A stretch of DNA of 64,000 bases from Rhynchopus sp. YZ270_cl-10 (lineage: Eukaryota). This document shows positions 49,566 through 60,745 of this stretch, piece by piece. The stretch is from assembly GCA_964035575.1 (NCBI GenBank), contig OZ037847.1:1240001-1304000 (forward strand), given 5' to 3'. A model generated the notes under the pieces. The model saw nothing but the letters and a program-made list of their open reading frames with translations. It ran no database searches and had not been told where the DNA came from. The translations under genes were made by a program, and so were the position numbers. Positions within the stretch are counted from its first letter, which is position 1. Every line of letters starts with the position of its first letter.

Positions 49566-50362
49566 GTGAAAACACAGCCTCTCCCCCTCCTTGGTGCTGG
49601 TGCTACTTTTGCAAAATAAAAAAAATAAAAAAAAATGTCCAAGATGCTGTGCACATTGAGCATATTCGTCTTAAACAACAAAAAAAACACCCCGCAGTGT
49701 TTGCTGTACGAATACCAATGCGTAGGCGAACAATACTTTTGTGGGAGAAACTCTCTTTGCCTTTTTTTTTTTCCCGTTCTTTTTTTTATTCACGCGCTTG
49801 ACTCCCAAAAGTGTCAGCACGTTATCAAAAACTCCACCCTTTTTTATGTGAGGTGACCAAGCACGAGAGGCTTAGGGTCATCTTATATTTTTTTTCTCTT
49901 TTTTTTTGTCCTGGCAGATCCCGCAGCTATAAGAGAATTCTCTGACCACCCTCAAAAAGGAATTGGTGATAGTTTGTACGTAGCGCCCCCCCCAGCCATT
50001 TTGTTGGCTAGGGTTGCGGGAGAGCTGTTGGTGTGTGTGTGTTGTGTGTGTACGTGTGTTCTTTGCATATCACCCCATTCCCTGCTGTTCTTGAGCTTCT
50101 TTTCTTTGCCACATTTCCCCTCTTTTTTTTCCAAGGTGATCAAGCGAGAAGCTTAAGATCATCTCATCAATCCTTTTTTTTTTGGGGGTGACTGTGTACC
50201 TGCGTACTGACGTCTATACCTTCTGTAGCACAAAAGGCTTCGACCACCATATAGAGTACAAATCCAAGGTCCCCCGGGTCCGCGATTTGTCGACGCAGTA
50301 TAAAAAAAAAATTCAACATTTATGGTATTTCCCTGCAGGAGTGACACCCCGCACCAGGCCCT

Positions 50363-50988
50363 CAGGGTGGTACTTTTTGCTGGTCAGCGGACCAGCAACC
50401 CTAGGTATTGCTGGTCCGGGTCTAAAAAAAAAAAATAACAATAGATTTTTTTTGAGATTTTTTTTTGAGAATCCCACCAGAACAGTCGGGTGTGTCACAG
50501 ATGCAGAGACCCTGGGGGCTCAAGGGTACACCGTGGGAGACCAGAACGCGACTCAATTGGTCAAACGCCGAAGGAAAAGGAAGCATGCAGCATGGCGAAA
50601 TAAAAAAAGTAGCGTACCGTGCGCCTGCGGCGCAATCTTGCCAACCCACCTTCCTATGACATAGTTTGACAGTTAAAATGTGCCATTTTAAGGGAATTTT
50701 TTTGAAATGTTGCGTACCGTGGCTTCGCCTGGAACCTTTGGGTGCCATGACCGCCGCTTCTTTTATAGATGTACTGAGGTTACTGATACGAAGGCTGACA
50801 CCCACTATGGCTTGTGGTTCACCCTCCCCACCCGCCTTTCACGATTTTGTGCATCAGAGGGGAGAAAGCGCGTCACCTCCCTGCAGTGGCAGGTTTTTTT
50901 ACCACTGTGTGCTTTTCACCTGTTTTTTGCATTGACCAGCAAACCGGGTTTGGACCAGCAGTTGGCGGCTACCCCCCCGACCACCCTA
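50363..50988. mobile_element. Non-autonomous hAT-like element, 626 bp, sharing an internal core with the 25636 element
   Basis: Ends CAGGGTGGT / ACCACCCTA; TSD AGGCCCT (50356-50362, 50989-50995); GACCAGCA subterminal repeats; 50541-50780 matches 25830-26020 and 26113-26180. Confidence 0.8.
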
Positions 50989-53269
50989 AGGCCCTGCCCC
51001 GCACAAAAAAAAAAAAAAAAAATGTTCAAGAACCCCTTTTTTTTTTGGTGACGAGAGAAGATGACCAGGGTCCTAGCTTGGTTTTGGAAAAAAATGCCAA
51101 ATCTGGGTCAGAATTTTTTTTTTGGGTCAGCAGAGGTTTTGGGCCTTGGGGGGCTTGTCTTGGCTTTTTTGGGTTTTCCGAGCTCTACCCTCACTGTGGT
51201 GGGGTCATTTCAGAAAAATGGACAAGTTCTTGACTGATACAAATTTTGGCCACTACGACTAGTGAGTTGCTCACAACGTTAAGTGGAACGCTACTTTTAC
51301 CATAAAAATCACTCCCCGTTCATAGATCACCCAACACAAAATATATAAAATGGCGCCGCAGGCGAAAAAAATTAGGGTACGGTGTAAAAATGTAGCTTTT
51401 TACACCACAGAGTCACTCTACGAACCCTTTTTTGCGGAGCAAAAAAGGAAAAAATGGCGCCGCAGGCAAAAAAAATTGGGTCCAGCCCTGGACGGTGCCG
51501 GATTTTTTTGTCAATATTTTTTTTCTTACCCCAGAAAAGGTGGTGGGCCCCCCCAAAGAGGGGAAAAAATCAGAATTTCCCAATTCCAAATTAATTAATT
51601 CCCTTTTTTTTTTTTTTTCGTGGGTCGCGACCCAGGCACTTGGGTCAGCTTGACCCACTGACCCAGGCAAGCTAGGACTCTGAAGATGACTCATGTTACC
51701 AACTTTTCTTTGGTGCGAGAGTGACCAAAGCCCCAACCGGCTTCGAATCTATCTTGCCATGTATTTTTTTTTTCCCTCTATATTTTGCGGCGAGGTTGAC
51801 GTTTTTGGTGGGCTGGTCACTGTACGCTTTTTTAAAAAAGTATAGTGGAGCACTCTCGGGTGGCTACACTAATACAAGTTTTCAAAAAAAAAAATAATGA
51901 CTCAGTGTAACGAGAGAGGCTGAACTCATTTTCACCAACTTTTTTGTTCTTTTCTTTGTTACCTTTCACTTCGAAGCGTTTTTCAGTGACCACATTCTTT
52001 GCGTGAAATCCCGCAAAAGAGATCCCCCCCTTCCAAAACCAACCTCCTTCCCCTGTTTGCGGACAACAAGGCTTTTTATTCTGAAAACCCCGAGGAAAAG
52101 CAGATCTAGAACAATAGGCACTAAAAGACTTGGCCCCGCTTCTTTTTTGTTTCATTTCATTTTATTTTATTTTTTGGCTTGTTTCAAAAAAGGGAGAAGA
52201 GAAAGAAGTCTCGCGAAAATACAAAAAGGACGTCTTTTTCATACATCATAATAACCCTCCTTTTCGTTATACACAGGGTTCCGTCTGACAAAATCCTGTT
52301 TTTTTTTTTTTTTTTTTTTTTTTTAAGCCCTCCTTTTTGCACTCTATACCAGCATCGTTGACGTCACTGTCCAAATCCACATTTTTTTAAAAAAAAAGGT
52401 GACGCAGGAGGGTTAGTTAGGTTTCACCTTTATATTTTTTCTTCATTCTTTTTTTTTTGAATGGGTTGTTTCATATACCTTCTTTTCGTCAGAAAAGAAT
52501 GTATATGAAACAACTTCTTCTTCTTTTTTTGAATGGGATATACCAAGAGCAGTGATATGGCTTATGATTAAAAGAAATCCCCTATTTTTTAAATTACTTC
52601 ATCCATTTTTTTTTTCTCTTCCAATATTTAGGATATTGAAAATCCTGATGGAGAGCAGGAATAAAAAGCAGAGTGTGAGAAAAGAGAGAGCCAAAGCAGC
52701 GGGAATGGGGGAGAAAGAAGATAAAGGGGATAGAAGAGCCGAAAAAAAGAGGGTGTGGATAGGACTGAAAGGCCTTCAACCTCCTGCCCCCTACCCCACC
52801 CTCTTTATTCTGAGATGCCTGCGCGAGAAGGGCCATCTTAAAAAAAAAATTTTTTTTTTCTTCTCCCCTTCCTGTTGCACACACTCACTCTCCTTCCCCC
52901 CCCTACCCTTGCAAAGTTCCTGCACACGCGCACACAACAACAACAAAAAAAAAAAACCTTCTCTCTCTCTCCCCTTCCACCCCAGCTACCCCTCTATGAA
53001 AACAAAAGAGATTCGTATTTTTTTCCCCTACCCTATCGTTCACTAAGAGTTAGGTTGAAGTGAATGGGAGTACCTGACAGCTCACAACTCTACAGCAGCA
53101 GATGGGCCGCCGGCTGAGCGGTTGGGTAACGTCCTCGTTTTCTTATGTCATTAGGTTTCCTTTTTACATCTACTGTTGTAGGCCGCAGGGTACTTGTGCT
53201 TTTATCCGGATGGCTGGCATCGTATGTGGGTCAGTCGGAGGTGCCTGCACCAATAACTACAGTTTTTTT

Positions 53270-53374
<105 letters not shown>

Positions 53375-53778
53375 ACACGCTTTAGCGGAGCAGCTTCGCT
53401 GCGTGTTGGGAGATCTTTGATAGAGACTACCGTCCTTTTGATTTGACATGGCACGCACACTGCTATTTGGCAGAATATTTATTTGATTTTCCTCAGGCTT
53501 TGTCCTGGTTGGCCGGGGTCCGTTTATGTTTCAGTCTCTACCCTCACCAAATCACCACACCATCTTCATCAGATTTTTTGTTGGAATTTGTTTTGGGTTG
53601 TTTCGGCTTCCACATTCGCCCCCCTCATCTTTTTGTTCCCCCACACACGATTCTTCGCTTCGCATCCATCTTCTCGTCCCCTTCCAAGCCACCTAGACGC
53701 CTCGGTAGTGTGCAGCCTGCTGGGACATATACACCACCTTCGACTCCGCCTTCTCCACCCAGTGCACCCCTCGACGCT

Positions 53779-55032
53779 ATGGCCACAGCACACATCACCG
53801 ATTGTGCTACGCTGTTGGCGGCGTTCGAGGCGCAGACGACGAGCCAGCACGACTGGTCGCCTCCGGATGCGGCCCTGCGTGCGCTGGGCGTGGAAGAGGG
53901 CTCCCCTGCGCTGGTGGGACGCAAGATCCAGTTCGCGGATCTGGCGCGGACGATGCGGGCCCTGGATAAGGAAGTCGCCCGCCACACCGGCGTCCAGGGG
54001 CCAGGGCAGGTGACGCGGTTGGCGATTGTGTCCGCCATCCTCGTCCTCCTCAAGGCGGAGGTGACGGAGGCGAACAGCGCGATGTTCTCAGAGGGCCAGC
54101 GCATGTCCCTCACGCGCCTGGTCGGCACCCTCACGGTGCTGTCCACGGTGCTGGGGGACCCCGAGACCCGGTCCCGCCTCAGCGGATCCCGCCCCCCCGC
54201 CACCACCGCCGAGACGCCGGTTTTGCCTCAACGTGAGGACAGCCCGGAGGCGTCCATCCCGCGCGAGCAGCAGCCGCAGCAGCCGCAGCAGACGCAGCCG
54301 GCGGCGGACAACGCGCGGATCGCGCAGCTGGAGGCTGCGATGATGGAGTTGGCGGCAGCGAAGCGGGAGGGGGACGCGCGGCACGAGCTCCTGTGCCAGC
54401 AGCTCAACGCGGTCAGGGACGGTGGTGCGCCTCCTCCGGCAGCTGCAGCGTCGGACTTCCTGGCGCAGTTACGGGCGGCGATCGGCACCGGGGCAGCGGC
54501 GCCTATGCAGGTGGAACAGCCGGTTATGGGGACGGACGTGGACGTGGTGGCACGCAACCCGAGACACTGGGTGGATTTTTGCGCCGACGCCGACCACTGC
54601 GCCGACGCTCTGGTGCAGGCCCTGAAGAGGCGCCTGCCTACCGAGGCCGGCGACGCGCAGGACGGGGCCCGCTTCGCCGTTGATGTGGTGGGTCTGTTGC
54701 TGCAGCAAGCTCCCTTGGAGGCGGTGCTGAGAAAGCTCGATGACAGTATCTCCTTCTGGCAGTTGAGGGCGAGTTGTGGGAGGTCGGGTGCGGTCGCCTT
54801 CCGCGACAAGGTCTGGACGGCGGATGTCGTGCCGAAGGACCGGCAGGCGGCGGTGGCGGCGGCGCACGCAGCAGGGCGTGGTGCGAAGTCCGGGCACGGG
54901 GGTGGCCGGGCCGGGCAGGCGTACGGGGGTGGCAACGGGGGGGGCCAGGCCGCGCAGCCGTACGCGCCGGGAAACGGTGGTGGCAGAGGCCGAGGCGGGG
55001 GAGGGCATTGGCGCGGTGGTCAACGCAAGTGA
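53779..55032 (+). CDS. Gag-like ORF1 (417 aa)
   Basis: First ORF of the element (ATG at 53779); coiled-coil ARIAQLEAAMMEL and Gly/Arg-rich C-terminus. Gag identity is by position only. Confidence 0.7.
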   Translation: MATAHITDCATLLAAFEAQTTSQHDWSPPDAALRALGVEEGSPALVGRKIQFADLARTMRALDKEVARHTGVQGPGQVTRLAIVSAILVLLKAEVTEANSAMFSEGQRMSLTRLVGTLTVLSTVLGDPETRSRLSGSRPPATTAETPVLPQREDSPEASIPREQQPQQPQQTQPAADNARIAQLEAAMMELAAAKREGDARHELLCQQLNAVRDGGAPPPAAAASDFLAQLRAAIGTGAAAPMQVEQPVMGTDVDVVARNPRHWVDFCADADHCADALVQALKRRLPTEAGDAQDGARFAVDVVGLLLQQAPLEAVLRKLDDSISFWQLRASCGRSGAVAFRDKVWTADVVPKDRQAAVAAAHAAGRGAKSGHGGGRAGQAYGGGNGGGQAAQPYAPGNGGGRGRGGGGHWRGGQRK

Positions 55033-55170
55033 CGAGAGCAGGCGGCAGCGCGCGTTACGCTCTCCCTCCCACCACCCTCCCCCCCCTCTCCCCCCCCTCT
55101 TGTTTTTTCTTCCCCCCCCCCCCCACGGCCCTCCCCGCCAAAACACACATCCGCCGAGTTTTCTTCCGAA

Positions 55171-56166
55171 ATGCTGCTTCAGGCTTTGCGCAAGCCGAAG
55201 AAGGGTCTCGGGGTGGCGAGGAGGAAGGAGGTGGACGACTGCGTGTTCCGCCTCCGCGACGGCAAGCAGGCCGCGCGCGCTTTGGCCCATCTTGTCCCGT
55301 GGGACCAAGCGCACACTTTCGACGTGGGGCCCCGAGCAGCAGGCACCCGCGACTGGCTGCTCCGAGCGTTCCGGCAGTTCGCCGAAGGGGAGACCGAGAC
55401 CACGCCTCCCGACCAGACGTTGATTCGGTTCGTCTGGGGTCGCCTGCGCGGAGCGTCGTCCCTCTCCGTGGCCGACTACTGCGGGCGGCTGCTGAAGGCA
55501 CTGGCGGCCGAGGGGGAGACGGGATACCGCACGCGCCGGGTGCTGGCGGTGAAGCGCGCGCTGACGCGTTTCGGGACGTTGCTGAGGCCGAGTCAGGCGC
55601 CGCCGGTAGACGTGGACGCGGTGATGGACGTGGTCGAGGCTTTCGGTCGCGAGGGGGCCGAGCGCGAACGGGCGTTTGTGGCCTTGGTGTGGATGGCACG
55701 GGCGCGTATGGCGGACGCACGATACCTGCTGGTGCGCGACCTGGTGGAGGTGACAGACGAGGGCGCGACGGGGCTGGAAGTCGCCCTGAAGGAGAAGCAG
55801 CAGAAGAGCTGGACACCCGTGGTGTATTTGCCACCCGGGACGCTTACCCAATACGTGGTGGAATGGGCACGCGCGCGTCGCTTGGCGGAAGGACAGGACG
55901 CGCCGTTGTTTGCAGCGACCGAGACGCAGTACCAGCGCCTCATGCGTCGGGTGGTGGGGGCTCTGCCGGCAGGGTCCTGGGCGCACTCGCTTCGCAGGGG
56001 GTCAGCGCAGGCCCTGCAATCCTGGGGGATGAGCGTGGACGGACTGAGGGACGCGCTGCGCCACGCGTCATCCAGAACGACGGTGCGTTACCTCATGCGT
56101 ACGGCGCCCGAGGCTCGCAGGAAGGCACGCTCGACGCTGGACGTCCTGCAGGAGCGGCCGCTGTAG
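55171..56166 (+). CDS. Tyrosine recombinase (331 aa)
   Basis: R in ARMADA, HSLRRG, LRH, TTVRYL catalytic Tyr. Confidence 0.9.
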   Translation: MLLQALRKPKKGLGVARRKEVDDCVFRLRDGKQAARALAHLVPWDQAHTFDVGPRAAGTRDWLLRAFRQFAEGETETTPPDQTLIRFVWGRLRGASSLSVADYCGRLLKALAAEGETGYRTRRVLAVKRALTRFGTLLRPSQAPPVDVDAVMDVVEAFGREGAERERAFVALVWMARARMADARYLLVRDLVEVTDEGATGLEVALKEKQQKSWTPVVYLPPGTLTQYVVEWARARRLAEGQDAPLFAATETQYQRLMRRVVGALPAGSWAHSLRRGSAQALQSWGMSVDGLRDALRHASSRTTVRYLMRTAPEARRKARSTLDVLQERPL

Positions 56167-57872
56167 GTTGGTTGTTCCGGGGGTTGGACGGGTACCCGTT
56201 GGGGGAGTATGTGCGTGACGAGGGGGATGACGTGGTGGAGGCGGATGTTGAGACGTCTGCGGCGCCTCCGCATGTGCTCTTGGATGATGTCGCTGGGGTC
56301 TGGGGTGGCCCATCTGGGGTGAAGCGGCAGGTGCTTGACTCATTCCCGGCGGGTCTGATTGATTTGGGGGCGCTCCGCCGACTGGTACCGGCGAAGGCCA
56401 GGTTGTTCGCAATGCTTGACGACATTGCGACTTTCCGTGCGCAGCTGACGGGGTCTGGGGTGTCGATGCCGGGCCCGCCCTCCAAGCTCCAGGACGGCAT
56501 GTTGGCGGCGTGCGTGGGTAGTGGGGTTTTGCGCACGGAGAAGCGAGCTTTCCCGTCGGTGTGTGGGCTGTCTGTGTTTCCGCTGGCGAAGACGAACGGC
56601 AAGATGCGTCTCATCGTTGACGCACGGCCGTTGAACACGGCGATGCACTCCCCGCCAAAGTTCAGCCTCCCTACACCATACGAGCTGTCGGAACTCATCC
56701 TACGCGGGGGCGCTACGCATGCAGTCGTGGCGGATTTCAAAGGGTTTTTCTGGCAATTCCCTTTGTCCGCGGAGGTGGGGCAGTTTTTTGGTGTGCGGCA
56801 GGGTGCGCGTCGCATGCAGCTTACCCGCATGGCGATGGGGTGGTCGTGGGCGGCGGTGATTGCGCAGGAGACGTCGCTGGGGCTTCTCGGGGATATGGCG
56901 GGTGTGTGTGCTGCTGCGTGGATAGACGACAACCTCATTTTGGGGAAGTCGGCGGGTGAGGCGTCTGCGCGGCTTCGGGGGTTCCTGCGCAGAGCGGACG
57001 AAGTTGGCGCTGAGGTGAACCGCGAGAAGTCGACGCTCACTCCGGTACAGGTGTGTACCTACGCAGGGATTGAGTGGGATTTGCGGGGGCGCAGAATGCG
57101 GCTGCCGGGGGAGTGGCGTCGGAAGGCCCGTGTCGTGATGGACGTATTGCTGTCGGCGTCGGGTCCCTCGCTGCGCGAAGTGTGGAAAGGTATCGGGGCC
57201 GTCATCTGGGCGACGTATGCGATGGGGGACCGGTTCTGCGGGGTGCCGGACATGTTGGCGTGGATTCGTGCGCGGGGCGCCGAGGTGTCTGCGGGCGCGA
57301 TTGACTGGGACGACCAGGTGCAGATCTCTGCGGGCATGCGGACGGACTTGCGTGTGTTTGTGGAGCGGCGATTGGTGCCGGATGTGTGGCGCGTCCCCAG
57401 GTGGAAGCTGTCGCCGGAGGAGGGGTGTGACACGGTGGTGTGGTCGGACGCGTGCCCCGAGGGGTGGGGGTTTATTGTGCGGACGCTTGCTGGCGGGCGC
57501 GCTTTCAGGAAGTGGGGCACGTGGTCCACGGTCGAGGATATTTTCATTTTGGAGTTACGGGCGATGGCCTGGGGCGTGCTGCATGCTGTACGTGGTGGCG
57601 CCCGCAGGATTTTGGTGGTGGGGGACAACGCCGCGGTGGTTGCTGTGCTGGAGAAGGGCCACTGTGCAGTCAGGTTAGGGAACACGGTCTTGGAGCGCCT
57701 GTTTCGGGTCACTGACGGGGCGGGTGCGGGCATGTTGTCGCGCTGGATCGCGACGGACCGTATGCCGGCGGACGAGCTGTCGCGCTGGGGTACCGCTGGG
57801 CAGGACTGGGCCGACCCCCCGTCGGACGGCGTGGTGGTCGACGGTGGCGGTTTTATGTGGTCGGACGAGTGA
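56167..57872 (+). CDS. Reverse transcriptase - RNase H (start uncertain; first ATG after the YR stop is 56412)
   Basis: RT motifs KMRLIVDARPLN, DFKGFFWQF, RMAMGWSWA, WIDD, GIEWD. RNase H motifs WSDAC, ILELRA, GDNAAV, ADELSR. Confidence 0.92.
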
Positions 57873-58662
57873 TGTCCTTAGATTATTCTTATTTTAGATT
57901 GCCTTCTGTTTTTTCTTCCAGCTTTTCATTAAAGCTGTTTCCCTGCCCTGTTTTTTGTCCGCTGTTTTTTTTGCAGTGGCTTTTGGTTTTATTTCTGGAT
58001 GCCTGCGCCCGCTGAGGCTTGGTGTCGTATCATTGGGTTTTTGTTCACTCCGCCTTTTTTCTGGGCCCTCGGGGGTCCTGTGTTTTTGTTTGTAGTTGGG
58101 ATGGATGCTCTCGTGGCCTACGGGTTTAAATATTCTACGTGACGGTGTCAGGAGGTTGTTTCGGCTTCCACATTCGCCCCCCTCATCGTAGCGCCTATTT
58201 CGAGATAAAAGTATCCCCCTTCCCTCCTCTCCGTTTTCATCATTGCTGTTCGCCCTTCGCGGGTCTTTTAGGTACTCTCTATCTATCTCAGATCTCCCTG
58301 AAACACGCTTTAGCGGAGCAGCTTCGCTGCGTGTTGGGAGATCTTTGATAGAGACTACCGTCCTTTTGATTTGACATGGCACGCACACTGCTATTTGGCA
58401 GAATATTTATTTGATTTTCCTCAGGCTTTGTCCTGGTTGGCCGGGGTCCGTTTATGTTTCAGTCTCTACCCTCACCAAATCACCACACCATCTTCATCAG
58501 ATTTTTTGTTGGAATTTGTTTTGGGTTGTTTCGGCTTCCACATTCGCCCCCCTCATCGTAGCGCCTATTTCGAGATAAAAGTATCCCCCTTCCCTCCTCT
58601 CCGTTTTCATCATTGCTGTTCGCCCTTCGCGGGTCTTTTAGGTACTCTCTATCTATCTCAGA

Positions 58663-58751
<89 letters not shown>

Positions 58752-58754
<3 letters not shown>

Positions 58755-60693
58755 ACACGCTTTAGCGGAGCAGCTTCGCTGCGTGTTGGGAGATCTTTGA
58801 TAGAGACTACCGTCCTTTTGATTTGACATAGCACGCACACTGCTATTTGGCAGAATATTTATTTGATTTTCCTCAGGCTTTGTCCTGGTTGGCCGGGGTC
58901 CGTTTATGTTTCAGTCTCTACCCTCACCAAATCACCACACCATCTTCATCAGATTTTTTGTTGGAATTTGTTTTGGGTTGTTTCGGCTTCCACATTCGCC
59001 CCCCTCATCTGGTTCCTGCGCAGAGCGGACGAAGTTGGCGCTGAGGTGAACCGCGAGAAGTCGACGCTCACTCCGGTACAGGTGTGTACCTACGCAGGGA
59101 TTGAGTGGGATTTGCGGGGGCGCAGAATGCGGCTGCCGGGGGAGTGGCGTCGGAAGGCCCGTGTCGTGATGGACGTATTGCTGTCGGCGTCGGGTCCCTC
59201 GCTGCGCGAAGTGTGGAAAGGTATCGGGGCCGTCATCTGGGCGACGTATGCGATGGGGGACCGGTTCTGCGGGGTGCCGGACATGTTGGCGTGGATTCGT
59301 GCGCGGGGCGCCGAGGTGTCTGCGGGCGCGATTGACTGGGACGACCAGGTGCAGATCTCTGCGGGCATGCGGACGGACTTGTGTGTGTTTGTGGAGCGGC
59401 GATTGGTGCCGGATGTGTGGCGCGTCCCCAGGTGGAAGCTGTCGCCGGAGGAGGGGTGTGACACGGTGGTGTGGTCGGACGCGTGCCCCGAGGGGTGGGG
59501 GTTTATTGTGCGGACGCTTGCTGGCGGGCGCGCTTTCAGGAAGTGGGGCACGTGGTCCACGGTCGAGGATATTTTCATTTTGGAGTTGCGGGCGATGGCC
59601 TGGGGCGTGCTGCATGCTGTACGTGGTGGCGCCCGCAGGATTTTGGTGGTGGGGGACAACGCCGCGGTGGTTGCTGTGCTGGAGCAGGGCCACTGTGCAG
59701 TCAGGTTAGGGAACACGGTCTTGGAGCGCCTGTTTCGGGTCACTGACGGGGCGGGTGCGGGCATGTTGTCGCGCTGGATCGCGACGGACCGTATGCCGGC
59801 GGACGAGCTGTCGCGATGGGGTACCGCTGGGCAGGACTGGGCCGACCCCCCGTCGGACGGCGTGGTGGTCGACGGTGGCGGTTTTATGTGGTCGGACGAG
59901 TGATGTCCTTAGATTATTCTTATTTTAGATTGCCTTCTGTTTTTTCTTCCAGCTTTTCATTAAAGCTGTTTCCCTGCCCTGTTTTTTGTCCGCTGTTTTT
60001 TTTGCAGTGGCTTTTGGTTTTATTTCTGGATGCCTGCGCCCGCTGAGGCTTGGTGTCGTATCATTGGTTTTTTGTTCACTCCGCCTTTTTTCTGGGCCCT
60101 CGGGGGTCCTGTGTTTTTGTTTGTAGTTGGGATGGATGCTCTCGTGGCCTACGGGTTTAAATATTCTACGTGACGGTGTCAGGAGGTTGTTTCGGCTTCC
60201 ACATTCGCCCCCCTCATCGTAGCGCCTATTTCGAGATAAAAGTATCCCCCTTCCCTCCTCTCCGTTTTCATCATTGCTGTTCGCCCTTCGCGGGTTTTTT
60301 AGGTACTCTCTATCTATCTCAGATCTCCCTGAAACACGCTTTAGCGGAGCAGCTTCGCTGCGTGTTGGGAGATCTTTGATAGAGACTACCGTCCTTTTGA
60401 TTTGACATGGCACGCACACTGCTATTTGGCAGAATATTTATTTGATTTTCCTCAGGCTTTGTCCTGGTTGGCCGGGGTCCGTTTATGTTTCAGTCTCTAC
60501 CCTCACCAAATCACCACACCATCTTCATCAGATTTTTTGTTGGAATTTGTTTTGGGTTGTTTCGGCTTCCACATTCGCCCCCCTCATCGTAGCGCCTATT
60601 TCGAGATAAAAGTATCCCCCTTCCCTCCTCTCCGTTTTCATCATTGCTGTTCGCCCTTCGCGGGTTTTTTAGGTACTCTCTATCTATCTCAGA

Positions 60694-60698
<5 letters not shown>
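58752..60698 (+). mobile_element. Internally deleted (non-autonomous) copy of the YR retrotransposon
   Basis: Repeat A (58752-59009) is fused directly to RT sequence equivalent to 56980 onward; ~3.35 kb missing; complete B1-A2-B2 end. Confidence 0.93.

Positions 60699-60745
<47 letters not shown>

Noticed and set aside
35275..51506. A 16-kb composite transposon bounded by the inverted ~165-bp repeats
   Set aside because: No sharp termini or TSD; more simply two dispersed copies in opposite orientation.
53443..53778. N-terminal extension of ORF1 (MTWHAHC...) and ORFs 58371, 58863, 60402
   Set aside because: They start inside terminal repeat A, and the leader differs by indels between copies; ATG 53779 is the more plausible start.
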